From Eledone cirrhosa (lineage: Eukaryota), in the NCBI GenBank assembly GCA_964016885.1, contig OZ024742.1, forward strand, positions 177,506,001 through 177,570,000: a DNA stretch of 64,000 nt, given 5' to 3'. The translations under genes and the position numbers were made by a program. The notes beneath the pieces were generated by a model. The model was given only the letters and a program-made list of their open reading frames with translations. It ran no database searches and had not been told where the DNA came from. The first letter of the stretch is position 1, and every line of letters begins with the position of its first letter. Positions 42,581-55,988 of this stretch are shown piece after piece.

Positions 42581-42950
42581 TGACACATGCATACATACAG
42601 TGGTGGACTGTCCAGCTTGCCAGGTTGGCCAATGTCAAGTGGGCTCCAGGGTGCCCACCGTAGCATTGCAAGAGCCCACAGTAAAATTGCAGGGCCCACT
42701 GTAGTATTTTAGGGGCCAATGCTTTACTTTAAAAAAATACCTGAAATCTAAAAGAAAGTATAAATTTTTTTCAAAATAAATAAAACAAGTAAGCAAAGCA
42801 TTTGGCAACCAATTCCTCAGGGAATTTCTAGAAAGCAAAATATAAGATAGTGCAAATAGCTGTAATCAATGGTTGTACATTCTACTAAATCTGAAGCCTA
42901 GTGTATTCATTCATGCATTCAAACATACATATATAGACAGACACACTAGC

Positions 42951-42989
<39 letters not shown>

Positions 42990-42993
<4 letters not shown>

Positions 42994-43419
42994 TGGAATA
43001 AATGCTCTGAAATAGCGATATATATGTGAATATAGACATAGAATATTCGAAAATATTCTGTATGTTTATAATAAACATTTTGAAGACCTAATCGCTATAG
43101 AATAGAATACGTCACGTATTACAATTAGATTCTCGACAAAAGCAAGGGAAGTAATCTACGCGTTTCATTCTTGTTAGAAATCATCAGGACTACATATCCA
43201 GTGCTTTTATCGAGAATGACACAGCTAGAGACTTATAGAATACTTAGCTGTGTACAGGAACTGGTTTGAAAGAGCGGTTGCCGGTCCGGCAGAAATTAGA
43301 AATTGGAATAAATGCTCTGAAATAGCGATATATATGTGAATATAGACATAGAATATTCGAAAATATTCTGTATGTTTATAATAAACATTTTGAAGACCTA
43401 ATCGCTATAGAATAGAATA
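42990..43419 (-). mobile_element. Family C non-coding HHR element: 310-bp monomer + ~118-bp direct copy
   Basis: 42991 onward repeats essentially exactly at 43301; (TA)n on both sides. Confidence 0.85.
43151..43193 (-). ncRNA. Type I hammerhead ribozyme (family C), GUA site
   Basis: Minus strand: gtagtc CTGATGA tttct-aaca-agaat GAAA cgcg TA gattac, with distal helix attctcgataaaagca/tgcttttgtcgagaat. Confidence 0.85.
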
Positions 43420-43468
43420 TATATATATATAAATAATAATAAAATGTGGAGAGGAAGCACACGAGTTA

Positions 43469-43534
<66 letters not shown>

Positions 43535-43538
<4 letters not shown>

Positions 43539-44460
43539 ACAGGGAGAAAAATACGATTATTAGGAAGGAACACTTTTTTTTCCCCTTTTATTTATTTCTC
43601 TCTTTTTTTCTGGGTTAGAAAATGATTAAAACGAAATATTTTACTTTGTGTGAAGTGATAAGGTATTAGTTTATTTATTTATTAATTAACAATGGCATTT
43701 ATTTATTTATATATTTAATAATTGTCTATTACCGGTTTCAACATTTTTATGCATTCCCAAATGATAATAATATGTATTGGTGTAGAATGGTGGTGTTGGA
43801 CATGTTAAAGAAATGGTGCAGAAAGAATAATGTTATTTACAAACAAGGTTTATGAAGTGAAAAGAAAAAAGAAAAAAGAAAAAAAGAAAAAAGAAAAAAG
43901 AAAAAAGAAAAAAGAAAAAAGAAAAAAAAAGGGCGTAATGTGGAGCATAATAAGTCAATGTGAAAGAAAAAATAATGTTATTTACAGGCATATTTCTTGA
44001 AGATAAGCAGATCAAAATGTGTTAATATAGCAAGTGTGCTTAGTTGATAGATGATGGAGGCAAATGGTGGACTGGGGTTTGATATGATTTCCCTTTTTAG
44101 AGAGTTAATAATCAGGGGGAGGTAATTCATGCTGGAAGATAGTTAATTTATTTAAGAAAAAGGATTAGGTAGGGTGTAGGGAGGTAACTCTTTAGAGAGA
44201 CATGGGTATTTGTAAATGTTTGATTGTTCGTTCCAGTTTTAGTTTAGTCCGAAGTTTAGTGCATTAAGTAGAGGTTGGAATTTGTTAATGAAATACGTTT
44301 CCTTATTGGTACGATGGATGAAAGTAGCGTTGTCTATGAATTTGTAAATGGGGAAAAATGTTTAAGTTTGGATGTTGGTTGCGTGCACAATTAGCGATAT
44401 GTTCACTAAATGCAATCTTTCTGTATTCCTGTATTTTGATTTGTAATTTATGGACACGTG
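43535..44460 (-). mobile_element. PLE remnant: C-terminal half of a GIY-YIG endonuclease + 3' UTR
   Basis: Minus-strand hand translation ~44460-44258: RVHKLQIKIQEYRKIAFSEHIANC...(frameshift)...RTNKETYFINKFQPLLN; ends at (TA)n. Confidence 0.65.
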
Positions 44461-44684
44461 TGTGTATGTGCGTGTGCGTGTCTATGTATATGTCTGTACG
44501 TGTTTGTGTATTTGAGCAGATATACGCATACCCATGTGTGCGTCCATGTATGCGTGTGCGTGTGTGTGTGCGCGCGTGTGTGTGTGCGTGTGAGAGCTAA
44601 TATACGCGGGCATGTAGGCAGGCATCTGTGGACGCGTATGCTGTTAGTTAAATGGTTGTGTGCGTGTGTGCGTGTATGTGAGTG

Positions 44685-44715
<31 letters not shown>

Positions 44716-45841
44716 AGGTATATATGTATATATATGTATATTTGTGTGTATGTGTATATGTGTATGTATGTATGTGGGTATATGCGTATATGTGTGTGTC
44801 AGTGGACTTGTGAAATACCAAACCCAGCATGAATTCATTGAAGTGTGTCAGGCGGAGGGTAGCTGATGGACAGTCTGATAGCAACTATTGGCCAGAATTT
44901 ATGATGACGTAGAAAAACAACAGCCAACAGCAGGACAAGCGAGAAAGATGTTTTTTGAAGCTAACACCCCAGTGAGAAAATTTAATCCGGAATTATTGCC
45001 AGTGTCCGACGAACCTGCAGTTACCAGAATCACACAGATCCATACAATGATCGTGTCTCGAGCTGTCTGCCGGCGAAAAAATTGAAACACACAATAAATT
45101 AAGTCCAGATGCATCACTGACTTTTCGTTTTATATTAATTCATTTTCTCATCTAGCCTTGTGTGATATAGGTGATAAAACCTTTATAGTCCCTTCTCAAT
45201 TTGAAGAAAAGTATCCGAAGTTGTGAATTTTCTTTTCCTTCCCCCGATAAATCTACTGACTGAACTTTTCTAGAAACACTTGACAGTACAGGTGTTTATT
45301 TTGTCGTGTACATAATTAGTTACCTATCTGCACGTGGCAACGAACTGCATAGATTATCAAATTCTCCTGAAAACCTATGTAAATGGGATGTACAATAATG
45401 TTTATACTTAGTGTCTTTGCAATCAAATAAGACAATCACTGTAGCAGTCTTATGTAGCAACACTACTTTTTATTGATATAGAGCACAACACATTTTTGTT
45501 ATTTGATCAACGTTCTCAAAATTAGTCTTCTGAGTAAGTCGGAACGCACCTGCACAGGTAAATGATAACGAATGTTAGGTGAAATACGATCAGGTGTTTC
45601 TGTCATGTGGAATTTCAATAATCAAACATGTTAATTATATATCCTTTAATCATTTGCTACCATCATCAAATAATTTGTTTACCTGCAAGTCAACGGAGAA
45701 CAGCCTAGGAGATAACTTTGTCCTCTAAAAATAGCAGCCAACTATAACTCACATCTTTAAAATCGGATGGCTGATAGTTTGAATAATTTTTATTATCGGT
45801 TTTGATCAAGTATCCAAGTGCAAACATATCAATTAATATAC

Positions 45842-45972
45842 CTGCAACAACATCCAGGGTCATTTTATCCAGCCCTGGCCATCGAGCAGAAGTGTCAAGT
45901 GATTCAACACAATTAATGATGATCGTGCGAGTGCGCAGGTGAAACTCGAGAATAACAAGACGCATTACGTTT
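45842..45972 (-). CDS. Possible isolated coding exon of an unidentified gene
   Basis: tttactgtAG acceptor and GCAG|GTATAT donor; one open frame NVMRLVILEFHLRTRTIIINCVESLDTSARWPGLDKMTLDVVA. No recognisable domain. Confidence 0.25.
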
Positions 45973-46264
45973 CTACAGTAAATGAACATTGAGTACCCTT
46001 TTCTCTCCTCCCTCAATTAGATACTATATAACTATATACGTATAGTGTCTTCTCTGCTGAAACCATGAGAGGCCACTCGGAGGAGTACTCTATACAAGGG
46101 AACTTTGAAATGCTATACTACATGTATTCCTTCTCCAACCCTCTCGCTCTCTCTCTCTCTCTCAATCTCTCGCTCTGTATATATACATATATATATATAT
46201 ATATAAAATATTAAACAAATAATGAATAAAACAATGAAACAGTTCCTTATATTAAACAAAAAAG

Positions 46265-46419
46265 TTCATTATTTAACGATCGTTTCTAGGATATATATGT
46301 GTTAGAATTGGCATGCATATTCAACAGATCTATGTACAACATTATACAAAATTATACAAACTATCAAGATTAAATATACATACCAAACACACATATATGC
46401 CGTCTTCAGAAATAATGAA
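46265..46419 (-). ncRNA. Hammerhead ribozyme with 116-nt helix II domain (3' pLTR copy)
   Basis: Reverse complement of 52085-52239, with core intact. Confidence 0.75.
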
Positions 46420-46959
46420 ATATATTTATTGATAATAACAACAATTCAAAATTTCAGGTCCGTTTGGGAACGGAGTTCAAAATTGACCAATGAAAATACA
46501 AAAAGTTTTATGCAGTTTGGTGTGTGTATATACATGTAACTAACCCCGTACACATATTTATACAAAGATATATGCTCAACATGCATACGCATGCCAAAAA
46601 GATGTATGCAAATACAAACATTCAAGGCTAATGTCTCTGTAAGCTTATAATCCACAGATAAAATGCGTATAGACACATAAATATGAAATAAGTGTATACA
46701 CATATTCTCATACTCACACATATCCGTACACTCACACACACGCGCGCGTATATGCATAAACATACACATAATTACGAACATACATACACACACACACCCT
46801 CACACACATATATATGTGGATATAATATTATCATAAGCACATGGATATTAATTCACTCACATAAACACTGCCACACACATTTAGATCAAGATACAGAAAT
46901 TAGGTGGGAGGGGGGAGAGGTCAGTATTCAACTGTTTGGGCAGACTGCTTATTTATAGA

Positions 46960-47049
46960 TGTATCTATAAACTTAGAAATAAAAAGAAAAGAAAAGAAAA
47001 AGAAAAAAGAAAAAAGAAAAAAGAAAAAAGAAAAAAGAAATATATCAAG

Positions 47050-47122
<73 letters not shown>

Positions 47123-47169
47123 TCATCTACACATACAACACACACACACACACATATATAAACATATAC

Positions 47170-47238
<69 letters not shown>

Positions 47239-47602
47239 TACACATATATACACACACACATATATAGACACACATATATATACACATACACGCACATATA
47301 CATACTTATATACATACAGACATACACATACATACATATATATACACACATATACATACAGACATACATATATACTTACACACATACACACATACATACA
47401 CACACATACATACTCATACATAGACATAGATATATATTCACCCACACATACGTACTTATATATACGCATATATACAAATACTTACGCATCCATATATCGG
47501 TATATACATACAAACACCACTACACTCTCACACAACTCAGACATACAAAGAAAAAAGTATATACATATACACATATACACATACAAATAGAGATACATAT
47601 AC

Positions 47603-47639
<37 letters not shown>

Positions 47640-47832
47640 CATACATATATACACATACATATACATACACATACATACATGTACACACACATACACATAC
47701 ATACATACACACATACACACATACATATATAGTCACACACACACACACACCTACACAAACATACACATACACATATATAAAGATATATATACACACATAC
47801 ACACACACACATATATATAAAATGAACATATA

Positions 47833-47866
<34 letters not shown>

Positions 47867-48900
47867 CACATATACATACACATATATGTACATACATACA
47901 CATACATACATACATATACACACATATACATATATATATATACACACATACACACATACATACATACACACACACATACATACACACACATACATACTCA
48001 TACATAGACATAGATATATATTCATACACACATACGCACTTACATATACGCATATATACAAATACATACGCATCCATATATGCGTATATACATACAAACA
48101 CCACTACACTCTCACACAACTCAGACATACAAAGAAAAAGGTATATACATATACATATATACACACATTAATAGAGATACATATACACACATATATATAT
48201 ATATATATACACATACATTTATATATATACCCACACACACATACAACCATAAACACACATACAAACACATACATACACACATATATACATATATATACAC
48301 ACACACAAAAACACACATACACATATATATTTTTACACATATATATACATATATATACATATACACACCTTCACATATATACATATACACATAAGTTATA
48401 TTATAATAATAAATAATATATATATATACACATACGAATATATATATACACACATAGATATACATATATATATACACACACACACACACACTCACATATA
48501 TATGTGCGCACACGTACATATATACACATACACACATATACACATAAACATATACATGTGCATACATGTACATACACACATATACCCACATAGATACGAA
48601 GATAGACATATATATAGAGAGACATACATATACATACACATATATACATACACATACATACACACATATATATATATATACACACACATACACGCCCACA
48701 CACATATACACATATACACATATATATATATATATATACACATATATATACACATGCATATATACACATATATATATATACATATATATATACACACAAT
48801 CATACATTCTTATTTGCATGCGCATATATGTATTTTTATACTCAGATATAAACACCCAAACATATATACACCTACCTACATATATATTCATACATACACG
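46960..48900. repeat. Degenerate (CA/TA)n low-complexity array with an internal duplication
   Basis: Simple repeats; ~47405-47600 recurs at ~47990-48185. Confidence 0.9.
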
Positions 48901-49479
48901 CTTACAAACACAGATGATAATAGTATGGGGGAAAGGGGGGGGGGTGGAGAAGGGGATTATAGTAAATATATGTTTCAAGAAACATAGAATATTAATCTGT
49001 ATTTGGATCTCAATATATGTTTTTACATAGTTTCAGTGTTAGGAAATGCAAGAAATAAGGCAAAATTATGCATTTCAAAATAAGTATACCATTAATTATA
49101 TGTTAACTAAACTAAAGATAGTTAACATATTGATTTCTAAGGTGTAAATTAGTTAGGTTTATAATATTTGAAGCAGAATTTTGAAGTTAAATAGTAGTAG
49201 AGTATTAATTACAGTATAACTAAATTAAAGTTATTAACGTTATGGTATCAATATTAGGAAATGAATTTAGTAATAGGGAAAAAACAAATAAAGTATTACA
49301 TCGGTAGTAGAATATAAATTATAGGTTAACTAAATTAAAAATTATATATTAATTTCTATAGTATATGTTAATTAGGTATATAATAAATAAAACAGATATT
49401 GTATTTTATCAATAGCAGAATATAATTATATGCAAATAGAAATCAAAATTAATACATATACATATACATATACATACAC

Positions 49480-49510
<31 letters not shown>

Positions 49511-50021
49511 TACATACATACATATACATATACATACATACATATACATATTTTTTCAAAAATTGCAAAGAATATATTAACTAGGTATACATCCAAAACA
49601 CATCCCAATCTATGATTACATGACACTCTGCAATCCGTCTGTATTAGGATACTAATTTTAAGCCAATTAAATTAAATTTTTAGGTTGACTAAATTTAAAA
49701 CCAAATTATAAATATATTTCTAAAATGTATATTAATTAGGTCTATAATACTAAAAATTATTTCTCTGTCATTGGATACACGATATTTTGTTATATTTTAT
49801 CTGTAAAGGAATTTTAATAAAGGGTTAAATAAATTAAAATTAATCTATAAATTAAATTACTAAGTATATATTAGTAATATTTAAAGGTTTTTCACAATTT
49901 ATGATTTTATATTCTCATCTGTAGTAGAATTTTAATTAAATTAAATTTATAGGTTAACTAACATTTAAATTAAATTATATATTAATTTCTAAAATAATGT
50001 TATTAATTAGGTTTATAATAT

Positions 50022-51870
50022 TTAAATGTTTTTTTTTAGTTTATGATTACACGATATAATTAATTCCTGTCGTTTATTTAATAGGATATCCTTAGATTTC
50101 ATTATTTCAAATAGTTCTTGGGAACATAATCTACATTCATTTCTATTATTTTGATAAGGGGTGGCTCTTTTGAGCACACTCCAGGTCAAATCATATTCTA
50201 TATTCTTATTTTTATAACTATTGATTTTTTCTGCTAGAGATGTTGTATTAGCCAGTGCGGCATTTTTAAAACTATGCTTGTGGGTATTAAACCTTGTCTT
50301 AAAATTGTTAGAAGTAGCTCCTATATATGAGCAAATAGAATCTTTAGTTTTAACATTACATTTATAGACTATGTTGTTAACAAGACAATTCCCTTTTAAT
50401 GGGCAGTTTGCTTTGTTTCTACAGTTACAACCTTTCGTTAATTCTGTATTTGAGGAGATATTATGGTTAATTTGATGTATTGGTGGTATACTTATGGTTT
50501 TCTTACATTTATATGCATTATAGGCACTTATATTTTGTTTTATGTTATTTGTTGTAGAGTATGAGAATTTAACTGTAGACCTATTTAAGATTTGATGGTA
50601 TTTGTGGTTTGGCGGGAAGTTTTTCTCTAGGATATAAAAAATTTTTTTAGCAATATTATCCTTAATTTGTAAATTAAATGGAGCATTATACCAAGTAACC
50701 CGTCTATTACGGTTTCTATGTTGTTTATTATTTTTATTATTTTTATAGGTTGTATCGTGATGTTTACTAGGAGGATTAATGTTAATGATCTCACCACAAC
50801 CATTTTTAGTTATATTTGTAGATTTAGGTGTTTTATCTTTTTTATTAGGAGTTTTATTATTAATATTTATTAGAGTTGTATGATGAGTAGTTTTTTGAGA
50901 GTTACTATATTTTATATTAGAAGATTTGGTATTTTGGGGTATAGTGTGGGTGGCATTTAGGTGTGTACTTTTCATTTGGTGTTTGTTGGTAATATTAGGT
51001 TGTATGCTTTTAGTATTTTTAGTAGAAGGTATATATTCTAATCTATTTTTGTGGCCACTTCTATCTAGAGCTTCGTTATAGAAGGTCGCATTTTTATCAA
51101 ATACATCTTGGTTAGAAGAAAGGTTAGAAATTCTAAGTGATATATTATATGCAAGGTTTTTAAGGATAGATTTAGGGTGATTAGATTGTGAGTGTATGTA
51201 ATGTAAGTTTTGGTTTGGTTTATGGTAAGGTTGGTAGATACCCGTAGCTAAATCTAAAGTTATATCTAGGAAATTTACTACTTTACTTGTTTTTTCAAAA
51301 GTAATATGAAGATTATAATAGTCTTTAAGGAAAGTTCTAATATGTTTTTTGTTTTTTTCTATTTCTGAAAGGCTAAGGTTGTTAGAAAGAAGAAGACAGT
51401 CATCACGATATAAACCACCTTTAAGGTGGGGAAAGGAGGCATTTATGTTGAAAAGGAGAGAGGCCCACAAGATCAGTAATTTGGGCGGAATCGCTTGAAC
51501 CCATAGTAATATCAAATAGATTACTATATGTGTTTCTGGTCCAGTATTCATTCTGAAATTCAATAAGTGTTAGTCTAGCATGTGTAATAATATTAATGTC
51601 ATCCAAAGTTAAGTTAGATCTATTTTTAGCAAATATCAATGCTTTGTTCAGGAGTATAGGTGATATAGAAGAATAGTAATTATCTATATCAAATTGTAGA
51701 AATGAAGCAGAAGATTTACATCTAATATTTTTAAACCAGTTAATTACCTGGGAGGTGTTTTCCCAGAGTGGTAAAATAACGTGTTTTCTTATTTGTGGGA
51801 TGACTCTATCCAAAATTTTTTTGCTAATTATTCCAATATCTGATTTGGAGGGACATATAAGTCTTATAGA
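50022..51870 (-). pseudogene. PLE reverse transcriptase + GIY-YIG endonuclease, 5'-truncated, one frameshift near 51460
   Basis: FLQFDIDNYYSSI, TMGSSDSAQITDLVG, GLYRDDCL, VNFLDITL, YIHSQSNHP, WYNAPF, CNCRNKANCPLKGNCL..IVYKCNV..YIGATSNNFKTRFNTH, CRLC. Confidence 0.93.
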
Positions 51871-52084
51871 AGGATTTCTAGGATTTGGAGGGACATATAA
51901 GTCTTATACAAAGATATATGCATGTTGAGCATATATCTTTGTATAAATATGTGTACGGGGTTAGTTACATGTATATACACACACCAAACTGCATAAAACT
52001 TTTTGTATTTTCATTGGTCAATTTTGAACTCCGTTCCCAAACGGACCTGAAATTTTGAATTGTTGTTATTATCAATAAATATAT

Positions 52085-52239
52085 TTCATTATTTCTGAAG
52101 ACGGCATATATGTGTGTTTGGTATGTATATTTAATCTTGATAGTTTGTATAATTTTGTATAATTTTGTACATAGATCTGTTGAATATGCATGCCATTTCT
52201 AACACATATATATCCTAGAAACGATCGTTAAATAATGAA
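52085..52239 (+). ncRNA. Hammerhead ribozyme with 116-nt helix II domain (inverted 5' pLTR copy)
   Basis: ttcattattt CTGAAGA [116 nt] GAAA cgatcg TT aaataatgaa: perfect 10-bp helix I and palindromic ACGATCGT helix III. Confidence 0.78.
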
Positions 52240-52433
52240 CTTTTTTTGTTTAATATAAGGAACTGTTTCATTGTTTTATTCATTATTTGTTTAATATTTT
52301 ATCTTGACTCTGTATTCCGTTTATCTTTCACCGAAAGTGATTTTTCATTACATCTCTTCTTTCCATGATATCCGGAATACATTGAGTTCTTCATACGGAT
52401 TGGACACTACCGTAAACTCTTGGTAGATTTATC

Positions 52434-52725
<292 letters not shown>

Positions 52726-52865
52726 TAAAATAACAGTTTAAAGTTTATTTAATAAATATTTAATAAATATTTGCTCTACCGTTCTTATATATTTGATATA
52801 TATTTATCCTTATCGAGCCCTCTTTGGATTTTAGTCTTCAAATTTGTTATTATTACTATATATAT

Positions 52866-52935
52866 AAGAGTTCAAATCCCGCCGAGGTTGACTTTGCCTT
52901 TCATCCTTACGGGGTCGATAAAATAAAGTACCAAA
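52866..52935 (+). mobile_element. Nin-type SINE fragment
   Basis: gagttcaaatcccgccgaggttgactttgcctttcatccttacggggtcgataaaataaagtacca. Confidence 0.8.
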
Positions 52936-52938
52936 ACT

Positions 52939-52987
<49 letters not shown>

Positions 52988-52989
<2 letters not shown>

Positions 52990-53171
52990 AACAGAATCAG
53001 GACCCCGACGGCTGAGCTCCGGCCGTTTCGACAGCTAGATCCGGATCTAGCTGTCGAAACGGCCGGAGCTCAGCCCTCGAGATCCTGACACTTTTCATAT
53101 TACCCACTCTACTACCCTAAGTATTGAGTACTCTGGTGCGTTATGGTCCACCTGATACCCTCTCTGTTCTG
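52988..53171. mobile_element. Family B fragment with fold-back, between (TA)n tracts
   Basis: Palindrome centred on ctagatc-cg-gatctag; shares sequence with 13066-13216 and 34475-34570. Confidence 0.75.
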
Positions 53172-54059
53172 TATATATGTATATATATATATATATTGAG
53201 ATGTCTATAAGTGTTGAAACGTATGTGAATGTGTTCATATATAAATGTGATTGAGTTTTCATCGTATGTGTTTGTGTAGGTATAAAGGGATGTGTGTATG
53301 GCGTCTTTGTTATATCTTTTATATTATTTCATGTAATAATTTGACTGTACAGAAATGGAAATGACGGTATCGTTAAAGCCGAATTAGCAATGCAATAATA
53401 TAACCACATTATACAATAGAGATACGAAGAAAAAATCTGGTTCAATGTAAAATTGGGTGGAAAGGAAATAACGAAATACGAAATAGATAAATAAATAAAT
53501 GACGAAATAAATAAATAAATAACAAAAAAAAAACATTACAAAACAACAGAAACTGAAAGATACAGAAGACCAGCGGAGCCAAAATAAATGAAAAGAGTAT
53601 AAGGTAATCAATGCACAGATCCTGTAGTTAGCAATTTCTTAATCTATTCATTTCTGTGATTAGTTGACAAAATAATGTATCTGGATGGCAAAGTATATAT
53701 TAGAAAAGTTGCAACCAATTATCTATTCAATACAGCTGTCTCTTTTACGGCATTGGTGCGAGTAAGAATTTTCAGAAACGTGCTAAAACCCATAATTTGA
53801 AAGATCGAGAGAAAGGCGAAAAAATCAGAAGTAAACGTTAGTTTAGTTTAATTAATCATTAATCAATAACTATTATTAGTTCATCTCCGCCTTGATTTGT
53901 TTGCTTTCATTTACTTTTTATATTAGTATTTCCCCTTTTCCCTCATCGTTCTCGTTATTATCGTTATTGGTAGTGTTGTCATTGATGTTCTTTGAGCTTC
54001 TTGCAACTTCATTCGAAGTCTTTTATATGCAGGTGTATATATACATATATATATATATG

Positions 54060-54111
<52 letters not shown>

Positions 54112-54288
54112 TGTGTGTGTGTTTGTATGTATGCATGTATATTACATTTATTTTTGCGGTTGAGTATTTGTAATGGCTTTAAGGCACTTTCTAGTGATAT
54201 GTTGAGCTCTGTGTTATTTTTCTGATAGATCTGTTATATAATCCTTATTATATACATAAAACATTACACCCCCGATATATATATATAT

Positions 54289-54447
<159 letters not shown>

Positions 54448-54859
54448 CCCTCCTCTTGATTTCTATCTCTCATTTTCCTAATTACAGTTTAGATCTGAAT
54501 AACTTCAGAAAATATTGTTCTGCTCTCGACCTTTTCATAATGAATGCTCTGACATTTCAACAGAGCAGCAATGCAATGTCAGTAAGAGATATTACATAAT
54601 TTACGTGGAGTGTTCACGAACTTTGGATAAATAGTTTACCTGGGTTTTCAACCGTAATTCGACCTTATATTCGTTATTGAGCATTTGTGGATAGGGAAAA
54701 AAATAAATGAAAAAGAAACAAATGTAATGGAAATAAAATAAAGCAATAAAAATGATTAAATAAAAACTATTCGGTTACTCCTCCAAATGGCATGTATCTG
54801 AAGCTACTGAATGCGAATTTATCTGTGTCAAGAATTGTTTTATTTGACTAGATAAAACC

Positions 54860-54982
<123 letters not shown>

Positions 54983-54988
54983 GATATA

Positions 54989-55019
<31 letters not shown>

Positions 55020-55031
55020 ATACACACACAT

Positions 55032-55083
<52 letters not shown>

Positions 55084-55084
55084 A

Positions 55085-55166
<82 letters not shown>

Positions 55167-55825
55167 TAGATAGATAGATAGATAGATACAGATTGAGAGA
55201 TTTGGAGAAGGAATACATGGAGTATAGCATTTGAAATTTACCCTAGGGATTTAGTGGTATAAGATAATGTAATAGATTCAGACAGAAAATTAAAATATAC
55301 GAAGCTTCCGATTCTATCCATTCGCATTTTCTATGTACAGCTCTGTCGTAAATAGCAAAGAACCGTGCTCATCCAAACAAGAGAGAGAGGCACAGAATGA
55401 CAAACATATATGTTTATATATTTTTACATACATATATATACATATATATATATATATGTGTGTGTGTGACTGTGTGTGTGTGTGGGTGTGTGGGTGGTGG
55501 GTGAGAGGGAGAATGTGGGAGTGTGTGTGTTTAGCTTTATTTAAGTTCCTATTCGCAAAATTCACGACTGTCATTAACAAAGAGGCAAGTTTTTTTGGTT
55601 TGAATGAAGAAAGCTTCAGACCCTCGTGATTATGTGACTGTGTTAATTTGTATGTCTTAAATAGAATTTAAACGTACAATAACAGATATTGACCTCTATC
55701 TATATAAATAATTTCAATTTCGCCCTCAGTAATTTAATTACAAACAAAAGCCATTCAATGTGGTGTCTATCTATCTTTCATACAAGCTCTCTCCCTCTTT
55801 CTCTCTCTCTCTCTCTATCTATCTA

Positions 55826-55882
<57 letters not shown>

Positions 55883-55927
55883 TCAATGATATTAAATAAA
55901 TGTAAACTATATTTATAAAACCATATT

Positions 55928-55988
55928 TATTCTATTATATATATTTCAAGTGTACCAAAACTTTGGTATGCCATCATCAGATAAAATA
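55928..55988 (-). ncRNA. Type I hammerhead ribozyme (3' pLTR)
   Basis: Minus strand: tattttat CTGATGA tggca-taccaaa-gt-tttggta-cactt GAAA tatata TA atagaata. Confidence 0.72.

Larger units (their letters stand above)
46205..52436 (-). mobile_element. Penelope-like element (C-terminal GIY-YIG; probably Nematis-like) with 3' pLTR and inverted 5' pLTR
   Basis: 46205-46587 is a near-identical reverse complement of ~51915-52281. RT-EN ORF at 50022-51870; (TA)n at both ends. Clade assignment is inferred. Confidence 0.92.

Noticed and set aside
42598-42900. CAGTGGTGGACTG start resembling a hAT terminus
   Set aside because: No matching second TIR or TSD found.
50022-51870. Telomerase gene or selenoprotein-encoding (Naiad-type) PLE
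   Set aside because: The endonuclease is C-terminal, conserved Cys positions are ordinary Cys codons, and pLTRs are present: a canonical-order PLE.
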